From an uncultured Candidatus Saccharibacteria bacterium (lineage in GTDB: Bacteria > Patescibacteriota > Saccharimonadia > Saccharimonadales > UBA4665): a stretch of 44,690 nt of DNA. Made by a program: the position numbers and the translations under genes. This document shows, one piece after another, positions 15,210 to 24,149 of the stretch; positions within the stretch are counted from its first letter, which is position 1; each line of letters opens with the position of its first letter. The stretch covers positions 1 to 44,690 of the forward strand of contig CAIMCP010000072.1 of assembly GCA_903839515.1 (NCBI GenBank), in the 5' to 3' direction. Under the pieces are notes generated by a model that saw only the letters and a list, made by a program, of their open reading frames with translations, had not been told where the DNA came from and did not search any database.

Positions 15210-16310
15210 ATGATTAAGAGCATCAAAAAAAAATTTACCAATGCCTACAGCTACTGTATAGCCCGTGAATGGCTTCTAGCCCTACTCTTAACTCTCACAA
15301 TAGTAGTTATTGGAATTACGATATCGTTAATTGCTCACCCGTTCATGTCATTAAACATGGAACCAACAGCCAGAAACCTAGCCGATCCAAATGTCTCCAT
15401 TCACTATTTAGCAAATTGGGACGGAGTCAGATATATGGAGGTTGCTTCACAGGGCTACCATGATAGCTTTGTAACCGGTTTTTTCCCGCTTTATTCAATT
15501 CTTATCTCTTTGCTGGAAAAAATTATTGGATCATACTTGGCGAGCGGTTTAATAATTGCCTGGATTTCATTGGTCGGAGCAATTTATTACTACATAAAGA
15601 TTATTAAGCTATATTTTAAGGTTAATAATCTAAATGCAGTAAAAGCTAGCCTTTTGTTTGTCCTTTTTCCGTCGGCCGTTTATCTAATGTTACTTTATAC
15701 TGAAAGCCTATTCGCATTCTTATCTCTTGGGGCCATATACTACGCCCTCAAGGGAAAATATTGGCAAGCAGGTATATTTACTGCTTTCGCAACTGCAACC
15801 CATATCACAGGCCCTTTTTTAGTTATTCTCATCGGCCTCATATTGATTGAGGAAAAGGTTAAGTTGTTGAATGTAGTAAAAGCCATGGCTCTTGGGTGCG
15901 TAGGCCTAATAGCCTATATGATTTATCTATATAGAAATTTCAATAATCCACTTGAGTTTATTGTTGCTCAAGAGACTCACGGCTGGCTCCACTATACTTT
16001 TATGCAACAAGTCGGTCGCATCAACTTGATTGAATGGGCTATGTTAATTTTAGTTATCATAACCACTATTTACTGGTGGAAAAGAAGAAAGAGTTTCGCT
16101 ATTTACTCCGGACTTAACCTGCTTATCCCTTTCGTTGGTGGACAGTTCGGAGGGTTTCCTCGGTACTGCTTGATGATCTTCCCTATCCAATTTATGATCT
16201 ACGATATTTTTAGAAGACACCCCAAAACACTAAACTCAACGATTATATTTTTTGGATTTTGTTGGTCCTGGATATTAATTTTATTTACTGCTGGATATGT
16301 CGTTAGTTAA
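15210..16310 (+). CDS. Polytopic GT-C-type (PIG-V/mannosyltransferase-like) membrane glycosyltransferase
   Basis: About 9-10 hydrophobic helices. The first loop carries NWDGVRYMEVASQGY, the WD..Y..IA..GY signature of PIG-V-like GT-C enzymes. Confidence 0.55.
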   Translation: MIKSIKKKFTNAYSYCIAREWLLALLLTLTIVVIGITISLIAHPFMSLNMEPTARNLADPNVSIHYLANWDGVRYMEVASQGYHDSFVTGFFPLYSILISLLEKIIGSYLASGLIIAWISLVGAIYYYIKIIKLYFKVNNLNAVKASLLFVLFPSAVYLMLLYTESLFAFLSLGAIYYALKGKYWQAGIFTAFATATHITGPFLVILIGLILIEEKVKLLNVVKAMALGCVGLIAYMIYLYRNFNNPLEFIVAQETHGWLHYTFMQQVGRINLIEWAMLILVIITTIYWWKRRKSFAIYSGLNLLIPFVGGQFGGFPRYCLMIFPIQFMIYDIFRRHPKTLNSTIIFFGFCWSWILILFTAGYVVS

Positions 16311-16351
16311 TATATTGAATTCTTAAGAAGGAAATAAGGTATAATAGGCCT

Positions 16352-17302
16352 ATGAAATTAGTAATTATGATTCCTTGTCTTAACGAGGAAACAACCCTGC
16401 CCCTCGTGTTGTCGAGGATTCCTAGAGAAATTAAGGGAATAGATAGCATTAAGGTGTTAATTATAGATGATGGATGCACAGATAAGACTGTTGAGGTTGC
16501 TAAAAATCTAGGAGTTAAAGATTTCGTACATCATGCAAAAAACCGAGGACTTGCCCACTCGCTCAGGGATGGTATCCAAAAAGGTCTTGAACTTGGTGGC
16601 GATATACTAGTGTTGACAGATGGTGATAATCAGTACCCACAAGAGAAGATACCTGATTTAATCCAGCCAATTATAGACGGAAAAGCCGATACCGTTATAG
16701 GAGACCGGCAAGTTACTACTATTGAACACTTTAGTCCCGTCAAAAAGTTTCTCCAGGTTTTCGGAACTAAAGTAGTAAATAGTCTGGCTGGAACCGACAT
16801 CCCCGATAGCACCAGTGGCTTTAGGGCTTATTCAAAAGAGTCTGCAATTAAATTAAACTTAGTGGGTAGGTTTAACTTTGCGGCTGAGACGACCATACAG
16901 GCATCCAATAAAAGACTAGCCATAGTCAGTATTCCGATAATAACCAATCCCAAGACAAGAGAATCTAGACTCTTCAAATCATCCTGGGAGCACGTCAGAA
17001 AAAGCACAGTTGCAATGCTTAATAGCTTTACGATGTACAGACCCTACACAGTTTTCTTGTCTATTGGCGCAGTCCTGTTTATAGGAGGAGCAATCCCCTT
17101 CATTCATTATTTGTATCTTGTGGCCACCCAGCCCGATCCTTTTGGAGCTCATCATATTCAGTCACTAGTAATTGGGGCAGTTCTACTTAACGCATCATTC
17201 ACCTCATTTACTCTAGGAATAATTGCCAATCTTATCAGAATTAATAGATCACTAATCGAGGATATTCTTGAAGTTCAGAAAAACGAGATATTCAAGAAAT
17301 AA
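16352..17302 (+). CDS. GT2 polyprenol-phosphate glycosyltransferase (GtrB/DPM1-like) with C-terminal TM helices
   Basis: IMIPCLNEE..LIIDDGCTDKT..LTDGDNQYP..STSGFRAY, plus two C-terminal TM helices. Confidence 0.8.
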   Translation: MKLVIMIPCLNEETTLPLVLSRIPREIKGIDSIKVLIIDDGCTDKTVEVAKNLGVKDFVHHAKNRGLAHSLRDGIQKGLELGGDILVLTDGDNQYPQEKIPDLIQPIIDGKADTVIGDRQVTTIEHFSPVKKFLQVFGTKVVNSLAGTDIPDSTSGFRAYSKESAIKLNLVGRFNFAAETTIQASNKRLAIVSIPIITNPKTRESRLFKSSWEHVRKSTVAMLNSFTMYRPYTVFLSIGAVLFIGGAIPFIHYLYLVATQPDPFGAHHIQSLVIGAVLLNASFTSFTLGIIANLIRINRSLIEDILEVQKNEIFKK

Positions 17303-17344
17303 TTTTAATTCTATAATAAACAACAATTAAGCTAAACTATATTT

Positions 17345-17857
17345 ATGGGTGAAGATAGCGACAAATATTCAGCAAAAAAAATACATTCAGAAAGTAATAT
17401 AAAGGAATTTAGTTGGAATGGGCCTGAGTTTATCTACCATGAGAAAAACTTCAAGTGGTATATTTACTTAGTTTTAGTAACGTCTGCCCTGGTCGCTGTT
17501 CTGGTGATGTTCACAAAAGATATTATCTCCGCCATTCTTGCCGTCCTACTAGCATCGATTTTTGGTGTTTATGCCAACAAGAAGCCAGCAACTGTTAAGA
17601 TATCGGTAAACAAAAAAGGTGTAGAAATTGCCAATAAAACTACTTACTACGAGAGCTTTAAGTCTTACTCGGTATTAGATTTTGAAGAATATTCATGCGT
17701 AACCTTCATGCCAGTTAAGAGATTTAGTATCTTGCTTTCGATATATTTTAAGACTGAAGACAAGGATAAAATTATAGCTGTTTTCGAGAATAAATTGCCT
17801 CTCGACAATAGAAAAGAAGATTTTATTGATAGAGCAACAAGAGTCATAGGCTTTTAA
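17345..17857 (+). CDS. Hypothetical membrane protein (TM hairpin plus soluble C-terminal domain)
   Basis: An ORF with two adjacent TM helices (aa ~40-80). No motif recognised. Confidence 0.55.
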   Translation: MGEDSDKYSAKKIHSESNIKEFSWNGPEFIYHEKNFKWYIYLVLVTSALVAVLVMFTKDIISAILAVLLASIFGVYANKKPATVKISVNKKGVEIANKTTYYESFKSYSVLDFEEYSCVTFMPVKRFSILLSIYFKTEDKDKIIAVFENKLPLDNRKEDFIDRATRVIGF

Positions 17858-17919
17858 GCTATTTAGTATATCATTTAACCTGATATACTTAAGCTTATAA
17901 ATAACCCTAGAGGTTTTCA

Positions 17920-19386
17920 TTGAAACAAGAAAGTCAAAAAAAAGACAAAAATAACGTAGCGGGGTTTCTAGATAAGTTTTCTCCAAAAGAAATGACTAAT
18001 CTTCCCACCCAGCCGATGATCAACTATTTTGGCGGGCTCAGAAAAAGTTCGGCGCTGATTATGGGAACGGGTTCGATAATAGCTATTATTCTTCTGTATT
18101 TTTTTCTTTCTCCATTTTTTGTAAGAATAAAAATCGGCAATATTAATGTTACTGGCGGCAAAACCAAAGTTGTATATATGAAAGCAATTTCCGGCCAAGT
18201 AGATAACTATAGAATCTCAGTCGAATACTCAAATAAAGTTATTAAAAAATACACTCTTTCAGATGTTGGAGTTTCTGTTAATTACCCCGAAACTATTAAA
18301 AACTTACACCAGGCGAGCTATAGTATTTCAAATAGGTTGCAGCTTTGGAAGGTTAACCCTGTCCATATTTCCTACTCAGTAAACCAAAAAACACTAGCAG
18401 CATTTAATAAAGCAAATTTAACACAAGTTATTAAGGCTCCGAAAAATGCCAGCATATCCCTTTCAGGAGGTGCAATAGTACTAGCAGACAGTTCATTTGG
18501 GAAGGAATATGCAGTTAGTGGCGGCCCCTCTAAAATACTAAACAGTGCCGAATCTTTAAGTCCGACAACCATAAAACTGAAGATAATTTCGCTATCCCCT
18601 ACAATATCTACCGCTCAATTAAGTTCACAAGAGCCAGAAATTAATAAAATATTAGCCCAACGTGTCGTACTCAACGTAGCCGGTACCAGCACTACAGTAC
18701 CAAGCAGCTCACTAAGTTCGTGGTTAAGCTTAAACGTAAACCCAGTTAGCGGAAAAATATCCACAGAAGTTAATAAGGCAAGTGTAATCGACTATATGAA
18801 TAAAATAGCATATAGCTACACCAGGCCCGTTAAAGACCAGATTGTAATGAACAGCGTCGATGGATCAAGTATTGTAATTGTTCCTGGTCAAAACGGAATT
18901 GCTGTTAGTAATGTTTCGGGCGCGGCACAAGCAATTATTAATCAAATCCTAGGTGGTCAAGGAGTCGATGCGACTATAGTTGTAAGCACTGCTCAATACC
19001 AAACGATAACAACTGCGGATTACCCTAAATGGATAGAGGTTAATGTCAGCACAAAAAGAATGTACGCATATGAGAACGCTAATTTGGTTAATAGTTTTCT
19101 GGTTTCAGCTGGGAAGTCTTCAACCCCCACCCCTATTGGTCAGTTCCATATTTTATCCAAAGTTGCACTCCAGACAATGGTTGGAGCAGATTATGTTCAG
19201 CCAAACGTGCCCTGGATAAATTATTTCAAGTCCGGTGGCTATGCAATTCATGGAAATTACTGGAGGACATCGAGCTGGTTTGGCAATATAAATAGCTCAC
19301 ATGGCTGCGTTGGGCTACAGGTTGGTGACGCTGAGTGGATATATAATTGGGCCCCTATAGGGACCCCAATTATTATTCATACCTAG
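17920..19386 (+). CDS. L,D-transpeptidase (YkuD domain) with N-terminal TM anchor
   Basis: The C-terminus reads TPTPIGQFHI..YAIHGNYW..SHGCVGL, the YkuD catalytic H..SHGC motif. The track start is a TTG; the true start may be an internal ATG (MTNLPTQ). Confidence 0.85.
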   Translation: MKQESQKKDKNNVAGFLDKFSPKEMTNLPTQPMINYFGGLRKSSALIMGTGSIIAIILLYFFLSPFFVRIKIGNINVTGGKTKVVYMKAISGQVDNYRISVEYSNKVIKKYTLSDVGVSVNYPETIKNLHQASYSISNRLQLWKVNPVHISYSVNQKTLAAFNKANLTQVIKAPKNASISLSGGAIVLADSSFGKEYAVSGGPSKILNSAESLSPTTIKLKIISLSPTISTAQLSSQEPEINKILAQRVVLNVAGTSTTVPSSSLSSWLSLNVNPVSGKISTEVNKASVIDYMNKIAYSYTRPVKDQIVMNSVDGSSIVIVPGQNGIAVSNVSGAAQAIINQILGGQGVDATIVVSTAQYQTITTADYPKWIEVNVSTKRMYAYENANLVNSFLVSAGKSSTPTPIGQFHILSKVALQTMVGADYVQPNVPWINYFKSGGYAIHGNYWRTSSWFGNINSSHGCVGLQVGDAEWIYNWAPIGTPIIIHT

Positions 19387-19401
19387 CTGGTTAAGCGTTC
19401 T

Positions 19402-19800
19402 TTATTTCTCTTTTTGATGTCCCTGAACCATGATTGCATAAAGGATTAATGCATCAACAATTAATACCACTATAGACCATAGAGGATAAATTGGAAGTGA
19501 CGCAACTGCGCTCAGCATGCTTAAAACGATAACAATACTGGCAAAAAATCTTCCCCAGGTGTCACCGTGCGCTAGCGATACGGCCGCAGAAATGATAACT
19601 ATGCCAGCGATAATGTTTATCCATCCCCATTTGTTATAGTTCAAGATCCATACGTTACCAGATTCCTGAACAAAAAAAGTGTGTCTTCCTAGGTCAGCTA
19701 TTCCCTGAATTACGCTAAATAGACCACTGAATAAAAGCATAAAGCTGGCAAAACCAACCCAGCCTGACCATCCGCTTACAGTGTTAAGTTTAGTTCCCAT
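19402..19800 (-). CDS. Small integral membrane protein (4 TM), function unknown
   Basis: A 132-aa ORF that is almost entirely hydrophobic helices. Confidence 0.6.
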   Translation of the reverse strand: MGTKLNTVSGWSGWVGFASFMLLFSGLFSVIQGIADLGRHTFFVQESGNVWILNYNKWGWINIIAGIVIISAAVSLAHGDTWGRFFASIVIVLSMLSAVASLPIYPLWSIVVLIVDALILYAIMVQGHQKEK

Positions 19801-19900
19801 AATAATCTCCCTTTATTTACTTATAACTTGATAGTATCCCTTATTCAGTCAAAAAACAACAGCTTTGCAAAATAGTACAAAAACTGATATAATATGTATT

Positions 19901-20245
19901 ATGAATGGTCGAGAATCGAATAATAAAAAACGCCATGATTTACGTATTGGTGAGAGTTTCAGTGGATATTTAATTGGCATTGAGCCCCCTATTGCCCATA
20001 AAAAGGTGTCGATAGTTTCTAAGATAATTGCTGAAGCATTGAGTTTAGACACTACAGAGGTGCAATCGTCGACCGTTTTTAGTCAAAAAACTCACAACGA
20101 ATTTTTTCTTGGAGATATTGAGCGAGGCAAAGCTATTTCTATAGCAATGAGCATTGAAAAAGCTTTAGGAGATAAAGAAACCACTATTGTCCCAGACTTA
20201 AGCAATACATATCAAGCTTCCAATACTACGCTATTTGACGACTAG
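19901..20245 (+). CDS. Hypothetical protein
   Basis: No motif recognised. I moved the start to ATG 19901, which lies 7 nt after a perfect TGATATAAT (19885-93). Confidence 0.4.
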   Translation: MNGRESNNKKRHDLRIGESFSGYLIGIEPPIAHKKVSIVSKIIAEALSLDTTEVQSSTVFSQKTHNEFFLGDIERGKAISIAMSIEKALGDKETTIVPDLSNTYQASNTTLFDD

Positions 20246-20250
20246 AAGCT

Positions 20251-21723
20251 TTATTGAAGCGAAGAAGTTAAGCGAGCTATATTGTTTAGAAATACTGATT
20301 TTCTGGATTTTTTTGTCCATGAATCTAAATGTATTTGGTTTGATTTTTCTAGATATATTCTGCTTATCTTAACAAATTCCTTAACTGCTTTGGGGTCATA
20401 GCATATTAAAGTTAGTTCAAGATCAAGTTCGAATGATCGAATATCTAGATTGCTTGAGCCAACAGTAACTAGTTCATTGTCTATGATAATAAACTTCGAA
20501 TGTAGTAAAACAGGAGCTCTATAGTTAAATATTTTTACGCCAGCCCTCAAAAGGTCCTCGTAGAATGATCTTTGAGCATGTGCGACCATCCATTGATCTA
20601 TTGCCTCTGAGTTTATTAGTATCACCTCTACGCCTCTTTTTGCGGCACTGGTTATTGCATGGAGAAAAGATACGTCCGGTACAAAATAAGGATTAACCAA
20701 AACAATTTTTTTAGTTGCGCTATATATAAGACTGGTGAATAGCTTAAGATTATTTTCATCTTCATATCCAGGACCGCTTGGAAGTATTTGTATCTTAGTG
20801 TCACCATATGACTGAAGCTCTGCGTTCATTATGTCCGCTGAATTATAATCCAATAAGTTCCCAGTCTCTGAGAACCAGTCAGTTAGAAATATGGCTGATA
20901 GTTGAAGAACGGCTGGCCCGCAAATTCTAGCCACTACTTCGTCGTAATAAATATTGTCTCGTCTGTGATAATTCCTTTGAACAATGTTTTGTGAGCCGGT
21001 ATAACCCGTAACCCCATCAATAACTATTAATTTTCTATGATTTCTAAGATCAGGTCTCACATAGCCTCTTCCCGGAAACCTTAGGGGCAGAATTTCTTGT
21101 GCAACCACCCCATCATTTTTTAGTCTTTCAGTCATTTTTTTATATGACTTGAATTTTTTGGTAGAAAAACTGTCATACATTACCCTGACTTTGACTCCCC
21201 TATCGACAGCTCGCTTTAAGGCGTCGAATATTGGAGCTGTAGAATCGTCAAGAACAAGAATAAAATACTCTAGATAAATAAAATTTTTGGCCTTATCTAA
21301 GTCCTCTACTATAGAGTTGAAAATATCATTGTATTCTGACAAAACCTTGATACTATTACCTCCAAAAACCGGTAAATGGCTTAAGGCCAAAGCTAACTTA
21401 GAGACTTGCAAATATTTTGTGCCCACATCTGCCGATAAGAGTTTTTTATCTTTTTGTTTGCTCTTAAGTTCATGGACTGTTGAAGATATTATCTTGTTCA
21501 GTGTTTTTTGAGCATTTCTTCTAGACTTAGGTAATTTCGGGTTCCCTAGGATTAGGAATAATATAATGCCAAATTCAGGAAAGAAGAATATTAAAAGTAG
21601 CCATGCCATAGCCGAGGAAGGTTTTCTATTTTTTGGTACAAAGTAAATGGATGCTATTCTTATGAACCACTCCAATAAAAGCCAAAAAGAGCCCAAGAAA
21701 CTAAGATTCAATAACCAGTTCAA
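20251..21723 (-). CDS. cls: Cardiolipin synthase (PLD family)
   Basis: Two N-terminal TM helices and two HKD motifs: HRKLIVIDG..GSQN and HSKFIIIDN..GSSNLD. Confidence 0.9.
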   Translation of the reverse strand: MNWLLNLSFLGSFWLLLEWFIRIASIYFVPKNRKPSSAMAWLLLIFFFPEFGIILFLILGNPKLPKSRRNAQKTLNKIISSTVHELKSKQKDKKLLSADVGTKYLQVSKLALALSHLPVFGGNSIKVLSEYNDIFNSIVEDLDKAKNFIYLEYFILVLDDSTAPIFDALKRAVDRGVKVRVMYDSFSTKKFKSYKKMTERLKNDGVVAQEILPLRFPGRGYVRPDLRNHRKLIVIDGVTGYTGSQNIVQRNYHRRDNIYYDEVVARICGPAVLQLSAIFLTDWFSETGNLLDYNSADIMNAELQSYGDTKIQILPSGPGYEDENNLKLFTSLIYSATKKIVLVNPYFVPDVSFLHAITSAAKRGVEVILINSEAIDQWMVAHAQRSFYEDLLRAGVKIFNYRAPVLLHSKFIIIDNELVTVGSSNLDIRSFELDLELTLICYDPKAVKEFVKISRIYLEKSNQIHLDSWTKKSRKSVFLNNIARLTSSLQ

Positions 21724-21782
21724 AGTTAATTCTTCCTACTAATAAATTTACTCAAATGCATATTTCAAAACCATATAACCTC

Positions 21783-22085
21783 TTAGTCGCCAATTGATAC
21801 GTCTTGCCAAAAGGCAACATAACCTGCAAAGTCTTTTTTAACTACTTCTATAGATCCCTCTTTGGGGTTTGGATATGACCAAGCGTTGTCTTTGCTCCAA
21901 TCATTACCCTTCCCTACGTCAAAATACTGGCAGACACCCTTCCATGGACATGTATATGGAGTTGGGCTTTTTCGAAGGTATTCCTGTTTGACTGAATCTG
22001 GTGGAAAATACCAGTTTCCCTCAATGTATATCAGGTCATCTTTTGGGGCTTCAGCTAGAACTATGTTTTTCCATGCCGCTTTCAT
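21783..22085 (-). CDS. DUF427 domain protein
   Basis: GNWYFPPDSV..TCPWKGVCQYFDV is the characteristic DUF427 pattern. Confidence 0.7.
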   Translation of the reverse strand: MKAAWKNIVLAEAPKDDLIYIEGNWYFPPDSVKQEYLRKSPTPYTCPWKGVCQYFDVGKGNDWSKDNAWSYPNPKEGSIEVVKKDFAGYVAFWQDVSIGD

Positions 22086-22177
22086 GTTTTAATTATACCC
22101 CGAATTTTGTTTGCAGATATTTTTTATATTCTTAGGCAGAAAATATATTTGGGCTATAATTAAAAAACAGGTGATTA

Positions 22178-23596
22178 ATGTCTTTGAAAAAAATATACAG
22201 CTTCATTAATTTTACGAATATAAAAGCCTCTTTGGTTTATGTGCAGAAAAAACACCCCAAGCTACTCCTAACCTTTAAGCTATTATTCGTTTTTGGGTTA
22301 TTTTACGGGGTTTGCATCTCTAGACTAGACCCAGACTTTGGGTGGCATTTGAGATCTGGCTACTATTTCCGTCAATTTGGAATTCCCACCCACGACATCT
22401 ACACCTATACTGCCAGAAATTTCAGATGGATTGATCATGAATGGGGTAGTGATGTAATGATTTCGTATATATATAGCTTCGGTGGCTATATAACTTTAGC
22501 TGTATTTTATGCCACTATTTGGACTTTATCGTTATTTGTAAACAATAAGTCCAAGAATAGCCTAGTATTATTACTCGCCACACTCGCTATGCTCCCCTAT
22601 GCCGGCATTAGACCCATTGCCTGGACTGTTTTAGCATTATCTATATTAATGAGGCTAGCAGCTTCTAAAAATAGGTATTTAAGATGGCTAATACCTGTCT
22701 TGTTTTTTATATGGGCAAATTTGCATGCTGGATTTATAATCGGCTTACTTTATCTGCTTTATCTAGCGATAACTAAGAAAAAAATGTATTGGTTTAGAGT
22801 TTTTGTGGTGTCTATCATAGCGACATTTATAAATGCCTATGGTCCATCTGTATATATTGAAATGGCTAGAACTCTATTTGACCCCTCCCTGCATAGCCAC
22901 ATAACAGAGTGGAAAAGCTTTTTTGTTAAGACACCATCAATTTTATATATTTTTTTCTGGGCTATTGGATTTGCAATGTATTCCAAAAATAAGTTAATAA
23001 ACTATATTCGCTTCGACACTTTGCTTGGATTAGCTGCAATTAGTGCCAATAGAAATATTCCCTTATTTGTCGCGGGCTCCATAAACCGTACTAATGAATA
23101 TGTGGAGAAAATATACGAGTCATTTCCCAAAAAAATCGACCCACTAGGTAAAAAAATACTAGTAATTTTTATTCTATCGATATCAGTTTTAGTATTTTAT
23201 AGCCTAAAGGATAGTTATTGGCCAATAGCCCAAAGAACAGCAGATTACCCTGTTCAAGGGGTTAATTATCTTCAAAAACATGCCTGCAAAGGTAATCTTT
23301 TCAATAATTATAACGATGGGGGGTATATAATCTGGAAACTTCCAAATACCCCAGTATTTATTGATGGTCGCATGCCAAGCTGGAAGGATTCTGGCGGACA
23401 CGAATACTTTGATATTTATCTGTCGGTGATAGATAATCAGTCATCACAAAACAAAATCTTTAAGGAGTACAATATTCAGTGTGTTTTGGTTGCTAAAAAT
23501 GATGGTTTTAAGAGGCTTATAAATAACCTAAAAGATAAGGGTTGGAAGACGGCTAGTCGAGGAAATGGGGATATTCTTTTAGTCAGTAATCAATAA
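22178..23596 (+). CDS. Polytopic membrane protein, possibly GT-C-like glycosyltransferase
   Basis: About 10 TM helices followed by a ~130-aa soluble C-terminal domain. DPDFGWHLRSGYYF lies in the first loop. The function call is weak. Confidence 0.5.
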   Translation: MSLKKIYSFINFTNIKASLVYVQKKHPKLLLTFKLLFVFGLFYGVCISRLDPDFGWHLRSGYYFRQFGIPTHDIYTYTARNFRWIDHEWGSDVMISYIYSFGGYITLAVFYATIWTLSLFVNNKSKNSLVLLLATLAMLPYAGIRPIAWTVLALSILMRLAASKNRYLRWLIPVLFFIWANLHAGFIIGLLYLLYLAITKKKMYWFRVFVVSIIATFINAYGPSVYIEMARTLFDPSLHSHITEWKSFFVKTPSILYIFFWAIGFAMYSKNKLINYIRFDTLLGLAAISANRNIPLFVAGSINRTNEYVEKIYESFPKKIDPLGKKILVIFILSISVLVFYSLKDSYWPIAQRTADYPVQGVNYLQKHACKGNLFNNYNDGGYIIWKLPNTPVFIDGRMPSWKDSGGHEYFDIYLSVIDNQSSQNKIFKEYNIQCVLVAKNDGFKRLINNLKDKGWKTASRGNGDILLVSNQ

Positions 23597-23673
23597 TGGT
23601 GCACCCGACAGGATTCGAACCTACGACCTTTGGCTCCGCAAGCCAACGCTCTATCCAGCTGAGCTACGGGTGC
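23597..23673 (-). tRNA. tRNA-Arg (anticodon GCG), CCA encoded
   Basis: The reverse complement is GCACCCGTAGCTCAGCTGGATAGAGCGTTGGCTTGCGGAGCCAAAGGTCGTAGGTTCGAATCCTGTCGGGTGCACCA. Anticodon stem TTGGC/GCCAA with loop TTGCGGA. It abuts the stop codon of the preceding CDS. Confidence 0.8.
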
Positions 23674-23725
23674 ATTTAAGAAGTAATACTAACATGTTTT
23701 ACCCTATTTATCCAGAGTGAATACC

Positions 23726-23734
23726 TGTTACAAT
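23726..23734 (+). promoter_or_regulatory. Extended -10 promoter (TGTTACAAT) for tRNA-Ser(CGA)
   Basis: A TGnTACAAT sits 10 nt upstream of the tRNA 5' end at 23745. Confidence 0.4.
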
Positions 23735-23744
23735 ATCAAACTAC

Positions 23745-23834
23745 GGAGAGGTGGCCGAGCGGTTGAAGGCGCTGCTCTCGAAAAGCAGTATATCGGAAAC
23801 GGTATCGAGAGTTCGAATCTCTCCCTCTCCGCCA
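23745..23834 (+). tRNA. tRNA-Ser (anticodon CGA), CCA encoded
   Basis: Acceptor GGAGAGG/CCTCTCC; anticodon stem CTGCT/AGCAG with loop CTCGAAA; long variable arm; T loop AGTTCGAATCT. Confidence 0.9.
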
Positions 23835-23835
23835 T

Positions 23836-23865
23836 ATCGTATTACTTACAATAAAGTAATACGAT
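23836..23865. promoter_or_regulatory. Perfect 12-bp inverted repeat: candidate antitoxin operator or tRNA 3' hairpin
   Basis: ATCGTATTACTT-acaata-AAGTAATACGAT. The right arm abuts and overlaps the TTGACA -35 of the TA promoter. No T-tract follows. Confidence 0.5.
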
Positions 23866-23894
23866 TGACAAACGCACTACTTATTATGTATAAT
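23865..23894 (+). promoter_or_regulatory. Candidate promoter of the AbrB-type antitoxin/PIN toxin operon
   Basis: TTGACA (23865-70), an 18-nt spacer, then TATAAT (23889-94). ATG 23901 follows after 6 nt. Confidence 0.5.
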
Positions 23895-23900
23895 ATGACC

Positions 23901-24149
23901 ATGTCGGTAACACTTTCAACGAAATATCAGATAGTGATTCCAAAAGATGTTAGAAAGCAGCTTGGATTAAAATCTGGTCAGAAAATGGAAATTAATAAGA
24001 TTGATGAAAATAGCATAGTTTTAACTAAACAACTTACCGCCGATCAATATGTTGAGAAATATTCCGGACTACTAAAAAACACTCCTTGGATTACAAAAAA
24101 AATCGATGCCGCAGAGTATCTTCGCAACGAAAGAGATAGAGACAGATGA
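23901..24149 (+). CDS. AbrB/SpoVT/MazE-fold antitoxin (VapB-like)
   Basis: MSVTLSTKYQIVIPKDVRKQLGLKSGQKMEI is the looped-hinge-helix motif. The track ORF (from 23751) runs across the tRNA and was trimmed. Alternative in-frame ATGs are at 23886 and 23895. Confidence 0.8.
   Translation: MSVTLSTKYQIVIPKDVRKQLGLKSGQKMEINKIDENSIVLTKQLTADQYVEKYSGLLKNTPWITKKIDAAEYLRNERDRDR

Noticed and set aside
23751-23900. The N-terminal 50 codons of the track ORF 23751-24149.
   Set aside because: This part runs through tRNA-Ser(CGA) and through the inverted repeat and promoter. The real antitoxin motif starts at MSVTLSTKYQIVIP, so the CDS was trimmed to 23901.
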